Origin: Clostridia bacterium
Lineage (GTDB): Bacteria > Bacillota > Clostridia > Oscillospirales > CAG-272
Assembly: GCA_017481495.1 (NCBI GenBank)
Contig: JAFUPC010000024.1
Span: 10,790-74,789 of the forward strand
DNA: 64,000 nucleotides
Reading direction: 5' to 3'
Position 1 is the stretch's first letter. The number at the start of each line of letters is the position of its first letter. The translations under genes were made by a program, and so were the position numbers. Shown here in pieces: positions 24,393-33,965 of this stretch. Below the pieces are notes generated by a model. It worked only from the letters and a program-made list of their open reading frames with translations, did no database searches and had not been told where the DNA came from.

Positions 24393-26142
24393 ACGATTCC
24401 GATTTTACTTCCGCCAAAACATCTCCGCACCCCTGCACAGAAATCCCATTCTTTCCATGCGCCGGATGTGCCGGAAGTGTTTCATCCTGCACGAATGTGT
24501 TGCCGCGGAAGACGAGTTCCTTTACCGAAACGGCGCGCATCATGCGGGGATGGCACTGTGTGAAGCGGTTGTTTTCCACAGCGATGCGGCCGTGGAACGG
24601 GGTGTCGGGCAAGCCTGCCAGGCGCGGTTCGATGTGGACGGAAACGCCGCCGGCGTAGGCACTGTTGTCAAAATGACAGTTTTGGATGGTGACATCGTTC
24701 ACCGCGCCCGACTCATACCAGTCGAGCAGCTCGCCGCCGATCTGGACGGCGGTGTTCATATTATAGAACGTGCATCTGTCTACGACGGTCTTCCCGGATG
24801 TGGAGATGAGGAATCCGCGCGGGCGGTTGTAGCCGCACTCGCAGTTTTGGATCGTCACCGTGGGAGCGGTGGAGAGATTTTCAAGCAGATAATCGCCGGA
24901 TGCGAAGTCCAATCCATCCGGCTCTGCGGAAACCGTGTCGGATAAGGTCACGCGCAGTTCTTTCATGGACACAAGCTCGGACGATACGACTGTCCGCGTG
25001 CAGACGGTCTCTGTCTTCCGGCGATCAATGACGGCAACCGTATCGCCTGCGCGCAGGAAATTGATCCCCTCCTGCTGGAAATGGCCGAAGCCGACCGTGA
25101 GAACCCGGTTTTCCGCCGACCGGATAATGCCGTAAATGCCGTGGATGTTGCAGGCATCGTCCATCATGTTGGTGAATTTGCAGTGTTTCATGTCGATTCT
25201 GCCGCGGCAGTTGACAAAATGCGTGGCATCCGCGTTGACGGAGAGGATCCGCTGAGAACCCGCTTCCACCTCTGCCGTGATGCGGTCGAGGGTCAGGTTT
25301 TCGCTGGTCTGTGCGATGACGCCCATACTGCTTGTGTAGGTAAGGCAGATGTTTTCAAGGGTGACATCCTTTGCATCCGTGATGAAAATGCCGGGGAACT
25401 CCCGTGTCGCGTGGGTCATGACGAGATATGCGCCGGGCGTGTGGACGAAGCCCAGATTGCCGCGCATTTCAATGACGTCGGGGGAGCGCTCGGTCAGCGT
25501 GACGTCGCGGTACATTCCGCCAAGGAATCCGTGGTCTTTTTCCTCCCCGCAGTACGGAAAATACGGCGGCTTGCAGGCGCTCGGAACCGCCGCGGCATGG
25601 GTCGGATGCGGCAGGGGCTGACCCGGGGTCAGCGTGGGCGAAAATTCCAGCGACAGCGCAGTCTCGCACTCCTCCTCCCATCCGTCCACACGGCTGTAAA
25701 AGCAGAAATGTCCGTTTTTCACGCGGCATCCGCATTCCGGACTGTCAAACTGCAGAACGGTGCGGGTCTCGTCGGCTTCTGTGATCTTCGGCTGTGCATA
25801 ATACGGCGAGGAATAGTCGACGGTCAGGTTTCTGATGGTAACAGCTTCGCTTCTGTCAATGGCAAACGGCAGAATGCGTGTGTGGAATACCAGACGCGCG
25901 CCGTCACCGTCCACGGTGATGTTCCGTCTTCCGATGAGCGGGAACGCAATCGGCTTCTCGCCGGCATCGTTGTTGGAAATGGCATAAAATGCGGTATGCG
26001 CGCCCTCCGGATACAGGTGCAGTGTCTGCCCGTCCAGGGACAGGGTATCGCCGTCGTTCATGGTTGATAACGCGGCGATGACGGCAGGGGTGCTGTTTTC
26101 GCCGGATGCGAATTTCCGGTAATCGCGGATGTGGTGGAGCAT
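24391..26142 (-). CDS. Right-handed parallel beta-helix protein, glycoside-hydrolase-like (possibly GH110-type)
   Basis: 583 aa. Repeated beta-helix turns (NITVDGDG.., VTIRNLTVDY, VTLENICLTY, VTIQNCECGYN, VTIQNCHFDNS). No signal peptide. The family call is tentative. Confidence 0.6.
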   Translation of the reverse strand: MLHHIRDYRKFASGENSTPAVIAALSTMNDGDTLSLDGQTLHLYPEGAHTAFYAISNNDAGEKPIAFPLIGRRNITVDGDGARLVFHTRILPFAIDRSEAVTIRNLTVDYSSPYYAQPKITEADETRTVLQFDSPECGCRVKNGHFCFYSRVDGWEEECETALSLEFSPTLTPGQPLPHPTHAAAVPSACKPPYFPYCGEEKDHGFLGGMYRDVTLTERSPDVIEMRGNLGFVHTPGAYLVMTHATREFPGIFITDAKDVTLENICLTYTSSMGVIAQTSENLTLDRITAEVEAGSQRILSVNADATHFVNCRGRIDMKHCKFTNMMDDACNIHGIYGIIRSAENRVLTVGFGHFQQEGINFLRAGDTVAVIDRRKTETVCTRTVVSSELVSMKELRVTLSDTVSAEPDGLDFASGDYLLENLSTAPTVTIQNCECGYNRPRGFLISTSGKTVVDRCTFYNMNTAVQIGGELLDWYESGAVNDVTIQNCHFDNSAYAGGVSVHIEPRLAGLPDTPFHGRIAVENNRFTQCHPRMMRAVSVKELVFRGNTFVQDETLPAHPAHGKNGISVQGCGDVLAEVKSES

Positions 26143-26240
26143 GGTGGGTACCTTTCTGCGTGGTTTCTTTTTTCTATATTATAACAGAATCCAGGTGGTT
26201 TGTCAAGCGGGATTTTTTCAAAGAGATTGTAGGGATTCTC

Positions 26241-26269
26241 TTTACAAAGGCGGGGATTTGTGGTATGAT
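26241..26269 (+). promoter_or_regulatory. Promoter of beta-helix hydrolase gene
   Basis: TTTACA, 17-nt spacer, then TGgTATGAT. Spacer GGCGGGGATTTG is nearly identical to that of the TetR promoter. Confidence 0.6.
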
Positions 26270-26331
26270 TATATATGGAAAGATTGGCAATATTCTGATT
26301 TGACCACATTACCACCCCGGAGGACATCACC

Positions 26332-27936
26332 ATGACCCAGCCCATCATCATCCCGACCGTATACAACAACCCTGCTGTCACGACCGCCGAACGGACGGCG
26401 GCGGGCGACTTTAAAGCGTGGCAGGCAGAGGTCTTTCTGCCGGATGGCGGGAACAACGATCTGCCGACGGAGAATGCTGTCATCAAAAGTCCCTTTCACA
26501 CCCTGACGGTAAACGGCATTTCCGTTCCCGTTTACACCGCGCGGTGCGGAAAATCGCCGCATTCGTTTGCGTGGATCGACGTGGAAGCGGGAACAAAGGC
26601 GAGCGAATTCGTTCTGGATGTCGTTCTCACCTTGGACGAACGTGCTTCGGAATGCGGGAAATGTATCGTTCTGCCCGAAAGCCGCGGGGTCACTGCCGTG
26701 AAAACGGACACGGTGGAAACGCGCAGCAGATTTCTCTCGCAGATCACGGAATACGGCTCGTTTACCTACACCTTTGCGAAAACGGAAGCTGATGCACATA
26801 CCGACCCCACACAGATTCCGCTGACGCTGATGGTCACACAGGAAGTTCCGCTTATTGTGCCGGACGGGTATACAATTTTAGAAGTGGAAGCCGGGTATCA
26901 CGGCACGGATGCGCTGGAATTTACGCAAAGTCACACCGTTTATGTCATGAAGCCGGGACTGCACGGCATTTCCTCCATTGGGCTTCCGTCGGACAGCGTG
27001 CTGTACATTGCGCGCGGCGCGTATTTACAGGTGACGGATCGCAAAAATGCCGACGGAAGTCCGAACACAAAGACCGCCATTCATGCGGACGATGCGGAAA
27101 ACGTGCGCATTGTTTCGCGGGGGCTGCTTGACTGCGGCAAGGTCCTGGGCGGCGACCGCAAATTCAAGCACGTTTTCAATGTGGGGCGAAGCCGGAATGT
27201 CACAGTCGAGGGTATGACGGTCGTCAACGCAAACACTTGGACGATGTGCTTTTACAACTCCCAAAACGTGACGGCGGAATGGAATCTGCTTCTCTCTTTT
27301 CGCACCTACTCGGACGGCATCATGATGTCCGAATGCCGGGACAGCGCGGGACGGCACAATTTCGTGCGCACCGGAGATGATGCCATCGAGTTCAAGGGCA
27401 CCGGCTGGTGGGGCAAAAACACCAGTGAGAACTGCATCTATGAACACAACGACCTCTGGACGGACAAAGGCGCGGGATACTGTCTGACATGGGAATCGTC
27501 GTGCGGGATGCGGAACATGGTGTTCCGCGACAATTCCGTCGGTTTTGCCCAGCCGACCTGGACCGACCGCAACACCGCGCTGGACTGTCTCTGCGGCACC
27601 GACGCATCCGTCCGCTGGGGCGACATTACATTTGAAAACATCGAAATTTATCACGTCATCTCCCCCAACGCCATCAATGTTCAGTTGTCGGGAGCGGGGG
27701 CGATTCTGGACAATATTCTGTTCCGGAACATTACCGTTTCCTCGGCGGAAGCAGGTGTCTGTGCGTTCCGCATGGCGGATTCCGCTGATGGCGGAAGCAT
27801 TTCCGGTATCACGCTTGAAAATGTCAACTTCTGCGGGAAAACGCTTTCTCCCCATGACATATGTGACACGGGAGACACATCCCTTTTCAGAAACGAAGCG
27901 GCGGAGACGTTTACGGGGGCATTGACGGTCGTATGA
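26332..27936 (+). CDS. Pectin-lyase-fold glycoside hydrolase-like protein (GH28/GH49-related)
   Basis: 534 aa. NVTVEGMTVVNANTWTM, YSDGIMM and RTGDDAIEFKG resemble the GH28-type NTDG / GDD motifs. No signal peptide. GGAGGA RBS. Confidence 0.6.
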   Translation: MTQPIIIPTVYNNPAVTTAERTAAGDFKAWQAEVFLPDGGNNDLPTENAVIKSPFHTLTVNGISVPVYTARCGKSPHSFAWIDVEAGTKASEFVLDVVLTLDERASECGKCIVLPESRGVTAVKTDTVETRSRFLSQITEYGSFTYTFAKTEADAHTDPTQIPLTLMVTQEVPLIVPDGYTILEVEAGYHGTDALEFTQSHTVYVMKPGLHGISSIGLPSDSVLYIARGAYLQVTDRKNADGSPNTKTAIHADDAENVRIVSRGLLDCGKVLGGDRKFKHVFNVGRSRNVTVEGMTVVNANTWTMCFYNSQNVTAEWNLLLSFRTYSDGIMMSECRDSAGRHNFVRTGDDAIEFKGTGWWGKNTSENCIYEHNDLWTDKGAGYCLTWESSCGMRNMVFRDNSVGFAQPTWTDRNTALDCLCGTDASVRWGDITFENIEIYHVISPNAINVQLSGAGAILDNILFRNITVSSAEAGVCAFRMADSADGGSISGITLENVNFCGKTLSPHDICDTGDTSLFRNEAAETFTGALTVV

Positions 27937-28069
27937 CCCCTCTCTTTCCGTGATTTTTCCGCACGGAATATGCGCTTGTGTTTTTCCGCCCGTTGTGGTA
28001 CAATAGATATGAAAAAACACAAGAAAGGAAACTTTCGCTTTGCGAAAGTTATGGTCAAGATATTTCCAA

Positions 28070-28768
28070 ATGAAACTTTCGATCGGTGAAAACATCAAAT
28101 CCCTGCGCCGGGCGCAGAATGTCACGCAGGAGGAGTTGTCGCTTGCGCTCGGCGTCTCGTGTCAGTCCGTGTCGCGCTGGGAAATGGGCATCTGCTACCC
28201 GGACATGGAGCTGCTTCCGTGCATTGCGAACTATTTCGGAGTGTCGCTTGACACGCTGTGCGGCATGGAAGAGCTTCGCTCCCAAGACACGCTGAACGCG
28301 ATCTTCACAAAAGCAGGTGAGATGCGCCGAAACGGCGACCGCGCGGGGGAAATCGCACTTCTGCGGGATGCGGTGCGGCGGTATCCGCACAACGAGGGGC
28401 TGTTATCGGAGCTTGCGATTGCCCTGACTGATGTCAGCGCCATTAAAAATGGCGGGGAGGGGGAACGTGCGGAAGCCATTCTGCTCTCGGAGCAGATTCT
28501 CGACAGCGACAAAAACGCAAAACTGCACGCGACCACCCGCGCGAATCTCTGTTTATTGTATCTGCACGCGGGACAACGGGAGAAAGCGCTGTCTCTTGCG
28601 CGTTCGCTTCCGCACGTCTGGGAATCGCGGGAAATGATTTTACCGTTTCTGGTTTCGGAGGAGGAACGCCGGGAACGACTGGCGGAGTCGCTGTCGGTTT
28701 TGGAACAGGTGACGGCGGACATGAAAAACGGGCGGGAATTTCCTTTTGCGGAGGGGTATCGGGGCTAA
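28070..28768 (+). CDS. XRE-family HTH regulator with helical-repeat (TPR-like) C-terminal domain
   Basis: IGENIKSLRRAQNVTQEELSLALGVSCQSVSRWEMG HTH. All-helical C-terminal half. Paralogous to the 37038 gene. Confidence 0.8.
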   Translation: MKLSIGENIKSLRRAQNVTQEELSLALGVSCQSVSRWEMGICYPDMELLPCIANYFGVSLDTLCGMEELRSQDTLNAIFTKAGEMRRNGDRAGEIALLRDAVRRYPHNEGLLSELAIALTDVSAIKNGGEGERAEAILLSEQILDSDKNAKLHATTRANLCLLYLHAGQREKALSLARSLPHVWESREMILPFLVSEEERRERLAESLSVLEQVTADMKNGREFPFAEGYRG

Positions 28769-28778
28769 TGCTGATTTC

Positions 28779-29762
28779 CTATAACCACGCATCGACCTGT
28801 TTTTCATACCATGCATCCGGCATCGTTTTTATAACGTATGCGTGAGAGCCGCCCGGTTTCACTTCAAAGAAATTCTCTCCGGTCTCCGCATCGACGCTTG
28901 CGCGGCCGGATACTGCGCGGAAGCCGGCATCGTGTATTCCACTCACATCATGCGCGGCGAGCAGGACGAGCAGGGGATCCCATGCGCTCCGACCATCCGG
29001 GGAACCGTGGGCCTCAAAGGCGATACGCACAAGATCATCGGGATCTTCTTTTGGGTGGGCAATCACCGTCGCGCCGACCTCCCAGCCGAGAAATGTCACG
29101 GGAACGGGACAGTCACGCAGAACAGCGTGTGCGGCACGGCGGGCGCGGGCATTGCGGCAGAAATTGTTTTCCTTTCCGTGCCCTCCCTCCTGCCAGTTCC
29201 CCGCCATGCACCAGATGCGGCGCACCTTGGTTTTCACGAGCGCGATGCCGTCAAGCGGGGAACATTCGTCCGGCGGGGAGGAAAGCAAGGCGGCGAGCAC
29301 CTGCAGGTATCCGATCTCAAGCAGCTCCATACTGCCGTCCGCTGCACAGGCAAGCATCTGCCGGTATAGGGTAACACCGTTCACGAGAGCGGCGTTTTCC
29401 GGGATGGGTCTGCCCGGCGTGCCAGGTGTTCCCAGCGTTCCCGGCGTAGTGTCCGCGGCAACGGCTCCTGCTTTCTTTGCGACCGCATATTGATACGGCG
29501 GTCTGCCGCCGAAGTCGTCTGCCGCGATGTCGATGCCGACGGGAACGTCTCCGAAGCCCTCATCGCGCAGGATCGCCAGAAGCGATGCCGCCGCATACGG
29601 TGCCGCGGCGTTCAGAATGACACCGTCCGGTGTCCAGACACCACGCTTTGCCATTCTGCACATCATGCGGAGTGCGGCAACGTCGTCGCAGTCCGTCCAC
29701 CAGTCGGTGCCGAGCAGGATGCGGCGGTTTTTATTCTGCAAAATAGACATCAATGACCTCAC
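28779..29762 (-). CDS. Nucleoside-hydrolase-like protein (tentative)
   Basis: N-terminal ILLGTDWWTDCDDVAAL resembles the DxDxxxDD Asp cluster of IUNH-fold enzymes. The start overlaps the SBP gene end by 20-32 nt. Confidence 0.45.
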   Translation of the reverse strand: MRSLMSILQNKNRRILLGTDWWTDCDDVAALRMMCRMAKRGVWTPDGVILNAAAPYAAASLLAILRDEGFGDVPVGIDIAADDFGGRPPYQYAVAKKAGAVAADTTPGTLGTPGTPGRPIPENAALVNGVTLYRQMLACAADGSMELLEIGYLQVLAALLSSPPDECSPLDGIALVKTKVRRIWCMAGNWQEGGHGKENNFCRNARARRAAHAVLRDCPVPVTFLGWEVGATVIAHPKEDPDDLVRIAFEAHGSPDGRSAWDPLLVLLAAHDVSGIHDAGFRAVSGRASVDAETGENFFEVKPGGSHAYVIKTMPDAWYEKQVDAWL

Positions 29763-31206
29763 CGAAATGCTTCTGCGCCGCCTTTTCGAGCTTTTCGGCA
29801 GACGAAGCCAGGTCGCGCGAACCCTTTGACACCAGCGTACCGATGAGATCGACGTATTCCGCCGACTTGAACGTCCGTCCGAAGTCGATTTCCAGTCCGT
29901 CCATCAGAATGTCGAACATGACCTGCGATTCCTCGTCGCGCAGAAGCTTGTCGTCAAAAACCGTCTCGTAAATGGCGGGGTAAACGTAATTGTAGCTTTC
30001 GATTGCCAGCGCTTCCGTGACAAGTCCGGTCATTTCCATATTGTCAACATTGCGCGGAATGCCGAGCAGTCCCGTGCCGCCCGTGATGGTGGTGATGTAA
30101 TGTTCCTGCGTTTCGTCGTATTTTGGGAACGGCAGAAGACCCCAGTCCTCCTCCATGTCGCGGAAGAACTGGTAGGAGTCCGTCAAAAATCCGGAATAGA
30201 ACAGTCCCTGTCCCGCGGCAAACATCCGCGCGAGATCGTTTTCCTTGGAATAGTCGGTGATCATATACGAAGCATCGGTTTCCAGCAGATCGGACAGTTT
30301 ATCGACGATCGACTGATTGCGGTCGGAGATCATTGTCAGCGTAAAGCTTCCGTCGTCCGCGATGTCGATGGCTTTGACGTCCATGGCGACACCCATCGCA
30401 ACGCCGGACGTTCCGTGGGAGGAAAGCAGTCCGAACGTATCGTTTTCATCGTAAACGCCGTCGCCGTTGACGTCGGCGGACACCGTTTTTGCGTACCCGG
30501 CAAAGGTGTCAAACGTCCAGGTGTTGTCATTTACATGGTCGTAAAGACCGGTGATGTCGTACTCCGCCGCGATATTTTTGTTGAAATACAGGCAGTGCGA
30601 CAGCATGACACCCGTGAACGGGATGTAATTCATCTGCAAATAGCACCTGCCGTTGACCGTCAGCGACTGTGTTGCCAGCTGATTCCACCACGGCTGTGTG
30701 ATGTCCACATACGGGACTTCATTGTAGTCGGAAAGCAGTCCTTTCATCACCATCGACGTCATGGAATTGATGTGCGACCAGACGAGGTCGAATTCTCCGT
30801 CGCCTGCCATCTGGGAGCGTTCCAACGCAGAAACGGAATTTTCCGTCGCGTACTGCGTACAGGTAATGCTGACGTTGTACTGCTCTTCTACGATGCGGCA
30901 CCGTTTGTAAACGGTATCGTTGATGAGGTCGCCGTTTTCGCAGTCTGTCGTGAATTCATACGACGGCAGATCGCCGAGCTTTGCGTATTCGCGTCCCATG
31001 ATGTGGTATTCCGCGCCCTCAAAGTCCGCCGCCGGCAGAACATCTGCCGAATGTGTCATGGTTTCCCCGGTCACGATGTCCGTCTGGGTACCGGTTTCCG
31101 TGCCGGATGCCGCCGTATCGGTGCCGGTTTTCCCGTCGGTTTCGCCGCAGGACGCAAGCAGGAGTGCCGCTGTGAGTGCAAAGAAGAAAATGCGCGTGTG
31201 TTTCAT
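29731..31206 (-). CDS. ABC-transporter extracellular solute-binding lipoprotein (family 1, LipO-like)
   Basis: ATG 31206 lies 9 nt after GAAAGG. Lipobox ALLLASCGE followed by a T/G-rich linker. About 490 aa is typical of sugar SBPs. No permease or ATPase gene is adjacent. Confidence 0.8.
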   Translation of the reverse strand: MKHTRIFFFALTAALLLASCGETDGKTGTDTAASGTETGTQTDIVTGETMTHSADVLPAADFEGAEYHIMGREYAKLGDLPSYEFTTDCENGDLINDTVYKRCRIVEEQYNVSITCTQYATENSVSALERSQMAGDGEFDLVWSHINSMTSMVMKGLLSDYNEVPYVDITQPWWNQLATQSLTVNGRCYLQMNYIPFTGVMLSHCLYFNKNIAAEYDITGLYDHVNDNTWTFDTFAGYAKTVSADVNGDGVYDENDTFGLLSSHGTSGVAMGVAMDVKAIDIADDGSFTLTMISDRNQSIVDKLSDLLETDASYMITDYSKENDLARMFAAGQGLFYSGFLTDSYQFFRDMEEDWGLLPFPKYDETQEHYITTITGGTGLLGIPRNVDNMEMTGLVTEALAIESYNYVYPAIYETVFDDKLLRDEESQVMFDILMDGLEIDFGRTFKSAEYVDLIGTLVSKGSRDLASSAEKLEKAAQKHFGEVIDVYFAE

Positions 31207-31270
31207 CGGAATCATCCTTTCTTTTTTTGTATTGTTTTTCCAAAATGATCGGATAATTTTGGAAAATCTA

Positions 31271-31299
31271 TTGATTTTTTGTGCAATATCCGTTATAAT
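31271..31299 (+). promoter_or_regulatory. Promoter candidate for AraC regulator
   Basis: TTGATT, 17-nt spacer, then TATAAT. Confidence 0.5.
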
Positions 31300-31349
31300 A
31301 AGTATAGCATACTTTTCATGGAAAGGAAAGGAGAATTTCAGCAGAAAAC

Positions 31350-32306
31350 ATGAAAATTTCGTCAGAAATACAAGCGTGCGAACATCCGCTCCCGTCTCCG
31401 GTCGTTTCACGCGATGTGAAGCTGTACGCGATGCCGGATTTTTCCTATCATGCCGAGATCCCCTCGCTGGGCCTTGATTTCCGGCACTGCAGAACGCCGT
31501 TCTCCACAAATGCGATGCACATGGAGACGGACGAATGCGAGCTGACCGTTTACACGGAAGCCGGAAAATGTCTGATCGTGGAGGATACCGTCTACATCAC
31601 ACCGGGCATTGCGGTGTTCACGTTCCGGCCGGGAGAACTGCACTGCGGACTGCATCTGCCGAACAATCTGCACGAGCGGTATGTGGTGCAGATCCGTCCC
31701 GAAAAATTCCGCCTGCTTCCGGGCGGGGATGCGCTTCTGCGCTGTTTTTTCGACCGGGAAAAGGGGGAACATAACATGATCGTTCTGCCGCATGAGGACG
31801 AGCGCGCAATGATGAAAGCGCTGGATTCCGTTTTTCTGTATGCGGACAGCACGCTTTTAGAACGGGAAGCGCTGATGACGGCGGCATTCGTGCGCGTTCT
31901 GTCACTGTGCTGTCGGTATTACATGGAAGGATCTCCCGAAAGTCATCCGACCGGGATGTCGGGGGTTCTCTCCGGCATTCTGCGCGACATGGAAAATACC
32001 CGCTCCGCCCCGCGCACGGTTCCCGCCTATGCCGCGGCTGCCGGCATCAGCGTTTCCACAATGGAACGGCTTTTCCGTTCTGTCATGCAGACCACGCCCA
32101 TACAGTATCTGCGCCTGCGCCGTCTGGAATGCGCGCGGGAATATCTGCACAGCGGAATGAGCGTGACCTCTGCCTGTTATGCGGCGGGGTTTTCCGATTA
32201 TTCCCATTTCATTGCGGATTTCCGGCGGCAGTACGGGATCACGCCTGCGGTTTACCGCAGGATGTGCGGCGGGGGTGGGGATAAGGAGACATATTTCCGC
32301 CCTTGA
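31350..32306 (+). CDS. AraC-family transcriptional regulator (cupin + HTH)
   Basis: C-terminal AraC HTH: TVPAYAAAAGISVSTMERLFRSVMQTTPIQYLRLRRLECAREYL...GFSDYSHFIADFRRQYGITP. Confidence 0.85.
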   Translation: MKISSEIQACEHPLPSPVVSRDVKLYAMPDFSYHAEIPSLGLDFRHCRTPFSTNAMHMETDECELTVYTEAGKCLIVEDTVYITPGIAVFTFRPGELHCGLHLPNNLHERYVVQIRPEKFRLLPGGDALLRCFFDREKGEHNMIVLPHEDERAMMKALDSVFLYADSTLLEREALMTAAFVRVLSLCCRYYMEGSPESHPTGMSGVLSGILRDMENTRSAPRTVPAYAAAAGISVSTMERLFRSVMQTTPIQYLRLRRLECAREYLHSGMSVTSACYAAGFSDYSHFIADFRRQYGITPAVYRRMCGGGGDKETYFRP

Positions 32307-32338
32307 ATGAACAGCATTTCCACTTTTCACCTTCCCCC

Positions 32339-32367
32339 TTTACAAATCCCCGATTCTGTGCTATAAT
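32339..32367 (+). promoter_or_regulatory. Promoter of esterase-lyase operon
   Basis: TTTACA, 17-nt spacer, then TGcTATAAT. Confidence 0.6.
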
Positions 32368-32407
32368 CATTCATAACAATTCCAACATATGATAAGGAGC
32401 ATCCATC

Positions 32408-33931
32408 ATGATAGAAGACAACAACACCCCCGCATTACCGACTGACGGAACCGTGCCGGCGGACACCGCGCAGACATTATCCGCCGCAGTTTCTCTGCCG
32501 GAAACCTCCTTACAGGAGTGGAAGGTTTCGGGCATTTTTACCTCGCACATGGTTTTGCAGCGGGACACGCCCATCACGGTGTGGGGATTTTCCTCTCACA
32601 TCGGCGCCGCGGTAGAGGGCGAATGGTATGGGGAGCGCGTTTTTGGGACGGTCGGGGAGGACGGGCGGTTTTCGCTTGTGTTTTCCGCGCATCCTGCGGA
32701 CAGTGTACCGTCGTGCATGACCGTTTCCTCGGAATACGGTGTGACCGTGTTTGACGACATTCTCGTGGGTGACGTGTTCGTCATCGGCGGGCAGTCGAAC
32801 GCGGAGCTGTCCCTCGCCCCGTGTCTTGCCGACACCCCGGACATTGCAGAACAGCTGTCGGCGGAGCATCCCATCCGTCTGTTCCGTCAGACACAGGCGG
32901 GTGCCGCGGCAAAAAAGGAATTTCACCACATTCCCTCCCCCGACATTATTTATCCCGACTGGACATGGCAGACCGCGTCCCCGGAATCCGCAAAGGCGTT
33001 TTCCGCCATCGGCTATTACCTTGCGCACATTTTACAGCCTGTCATCGGGGTTCCTGTCGGCGTTGTCATGATGTGCGCGGGCGGCGCGTGTCTGCGGGAA
33101 CTGATGCCCGTTTCTCTTGCGCACCGGCTCGGCTATCACGCGGGTGCCAACGTTCCCATCGGCGGCTATTACAACACGCTGATTTCGCCGCTCATCGGTC
33201 TGCGCTTCCGCGCGCAGGTCTTTTTCCAAGGAGAGAGTGAGGGCATCTGGCTCGAAATGGCGGATGCGTATGACGACGATCTTGCCGCCTTTGTCGCCGA
33301 TGAACGCGCACGCTTCGGCTTTAACTTCCCGTTTTACAACATTCAGCTGTCCTCCTACCGGGAAGAGGGTGCGAAATTCTTCCCGCATCTGTCCCTCGTC
33401 CGCGCCAGTCAGCTGGATGCGCTTGAAAAAATTCCGAACTCCCATCTCACGGTCGCGCGGGACCTCGGCTCGGACGACGGGTATCCCGATTTTGCGCATT
33501 CCCCGCACAAATATGAACTGTCCTGCCGCCTTGCCGCACAGATCCTCGCATCGGAATACGGCATCGGGGACATTGGTGCCGCCGTCTCCCCGCATCCCAT
33601 TTCTGCCCGATACGATGAAAACGGCGGTGCGGTTCTCGTGACGTTTGCCAATGTTCACGGCGGATTGTGTACACAGGACGGTTCTGCACTCGTAGGATTT
33701 TCGTTTCCGGACGGAAACCGCGGTGAGATTCCGGCAAAGGCGGAGATTCTCTCCTCCGACACCGTGCGCGTGGAAATTCCCGCCGGGGCGATGACAAAAA
33801 CCGTGCATTTCGCGATGGGAAACATTGCGGACACCCGGGCGGCGAACCTTGCGGGCGGAAATCAAAACAGCCTTGCCCATCCGCTCCCGGTGCCGTCGTT
33901 CATTCTGCGCGTGGACGAAAATGCAGACTGA
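32408..33931 (+). CDS. Sialate O-acetylesterase-like carbohydrate esterase (SGNH-type)
   Basis: VFVIGGQSNAE catalytic-Ser block and FQGESEG block are typical of the 9-O-acetylesterase (DUF303) family. AAGGAG RBS. No signal peptide. Confidence 0.7.
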   Translation: MIEDNNTPALPTDGTVPADTAQTLSAAVSLPETSLQEWKVSGIFTSHMVLQRDTPITVWGFSSHIGAAVEGEWYGERVFGTVGEDGRFSLVFSAHPADSVPSCMTVSSEYGVTVFDDILVGDVFVIGGQSNAELSLAPCLADTPDIAEQLSAEHPIRLFRQTQAGAAAKKEFHHIPSPDIIYPDWTWQTASPESAKAFSAIGYYLAHILQPVIGVPVGVVMMCAGGACLRELMPVSLAHRLGYHAGANVPIGGYYNTLISPLIGLRFRAQVFFQGESEGIWLEMADAYDDDLAAFVADERARFGFNFPFYNIQLSSYREEGAKFFPHLSLVRASQLDALEKIPNSHLTVARDLGSDDGYPDFAHSPHKYELSCRLAAQILASEYGIGDIGAAVSPHPISARYDENGGAVLVTFANVHGGLCTQDGSALVGFSFPDGNRGEIPAKAEILSSDTVRVEIPAGAMTKTVHFAMGNIADTRAANLAGGNQNSLAHPLPVPSFILRVDENAD

Positions 33932-33965
33932 ATTATAATAAAAGGAAAGAAAGGGTTCAAAAACC

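Noticed and set aside
29731-29762. The 32-nt overlap between the SBP gene end and the nucleoside-hydrolase-like gene start as a programmed frameshift or fusion.
   Set aside because: An alternative in-frame ATG at 29750 shortens the overlap to 20 nt, and short overlaps are common in this window. No slippery sequence is evident.
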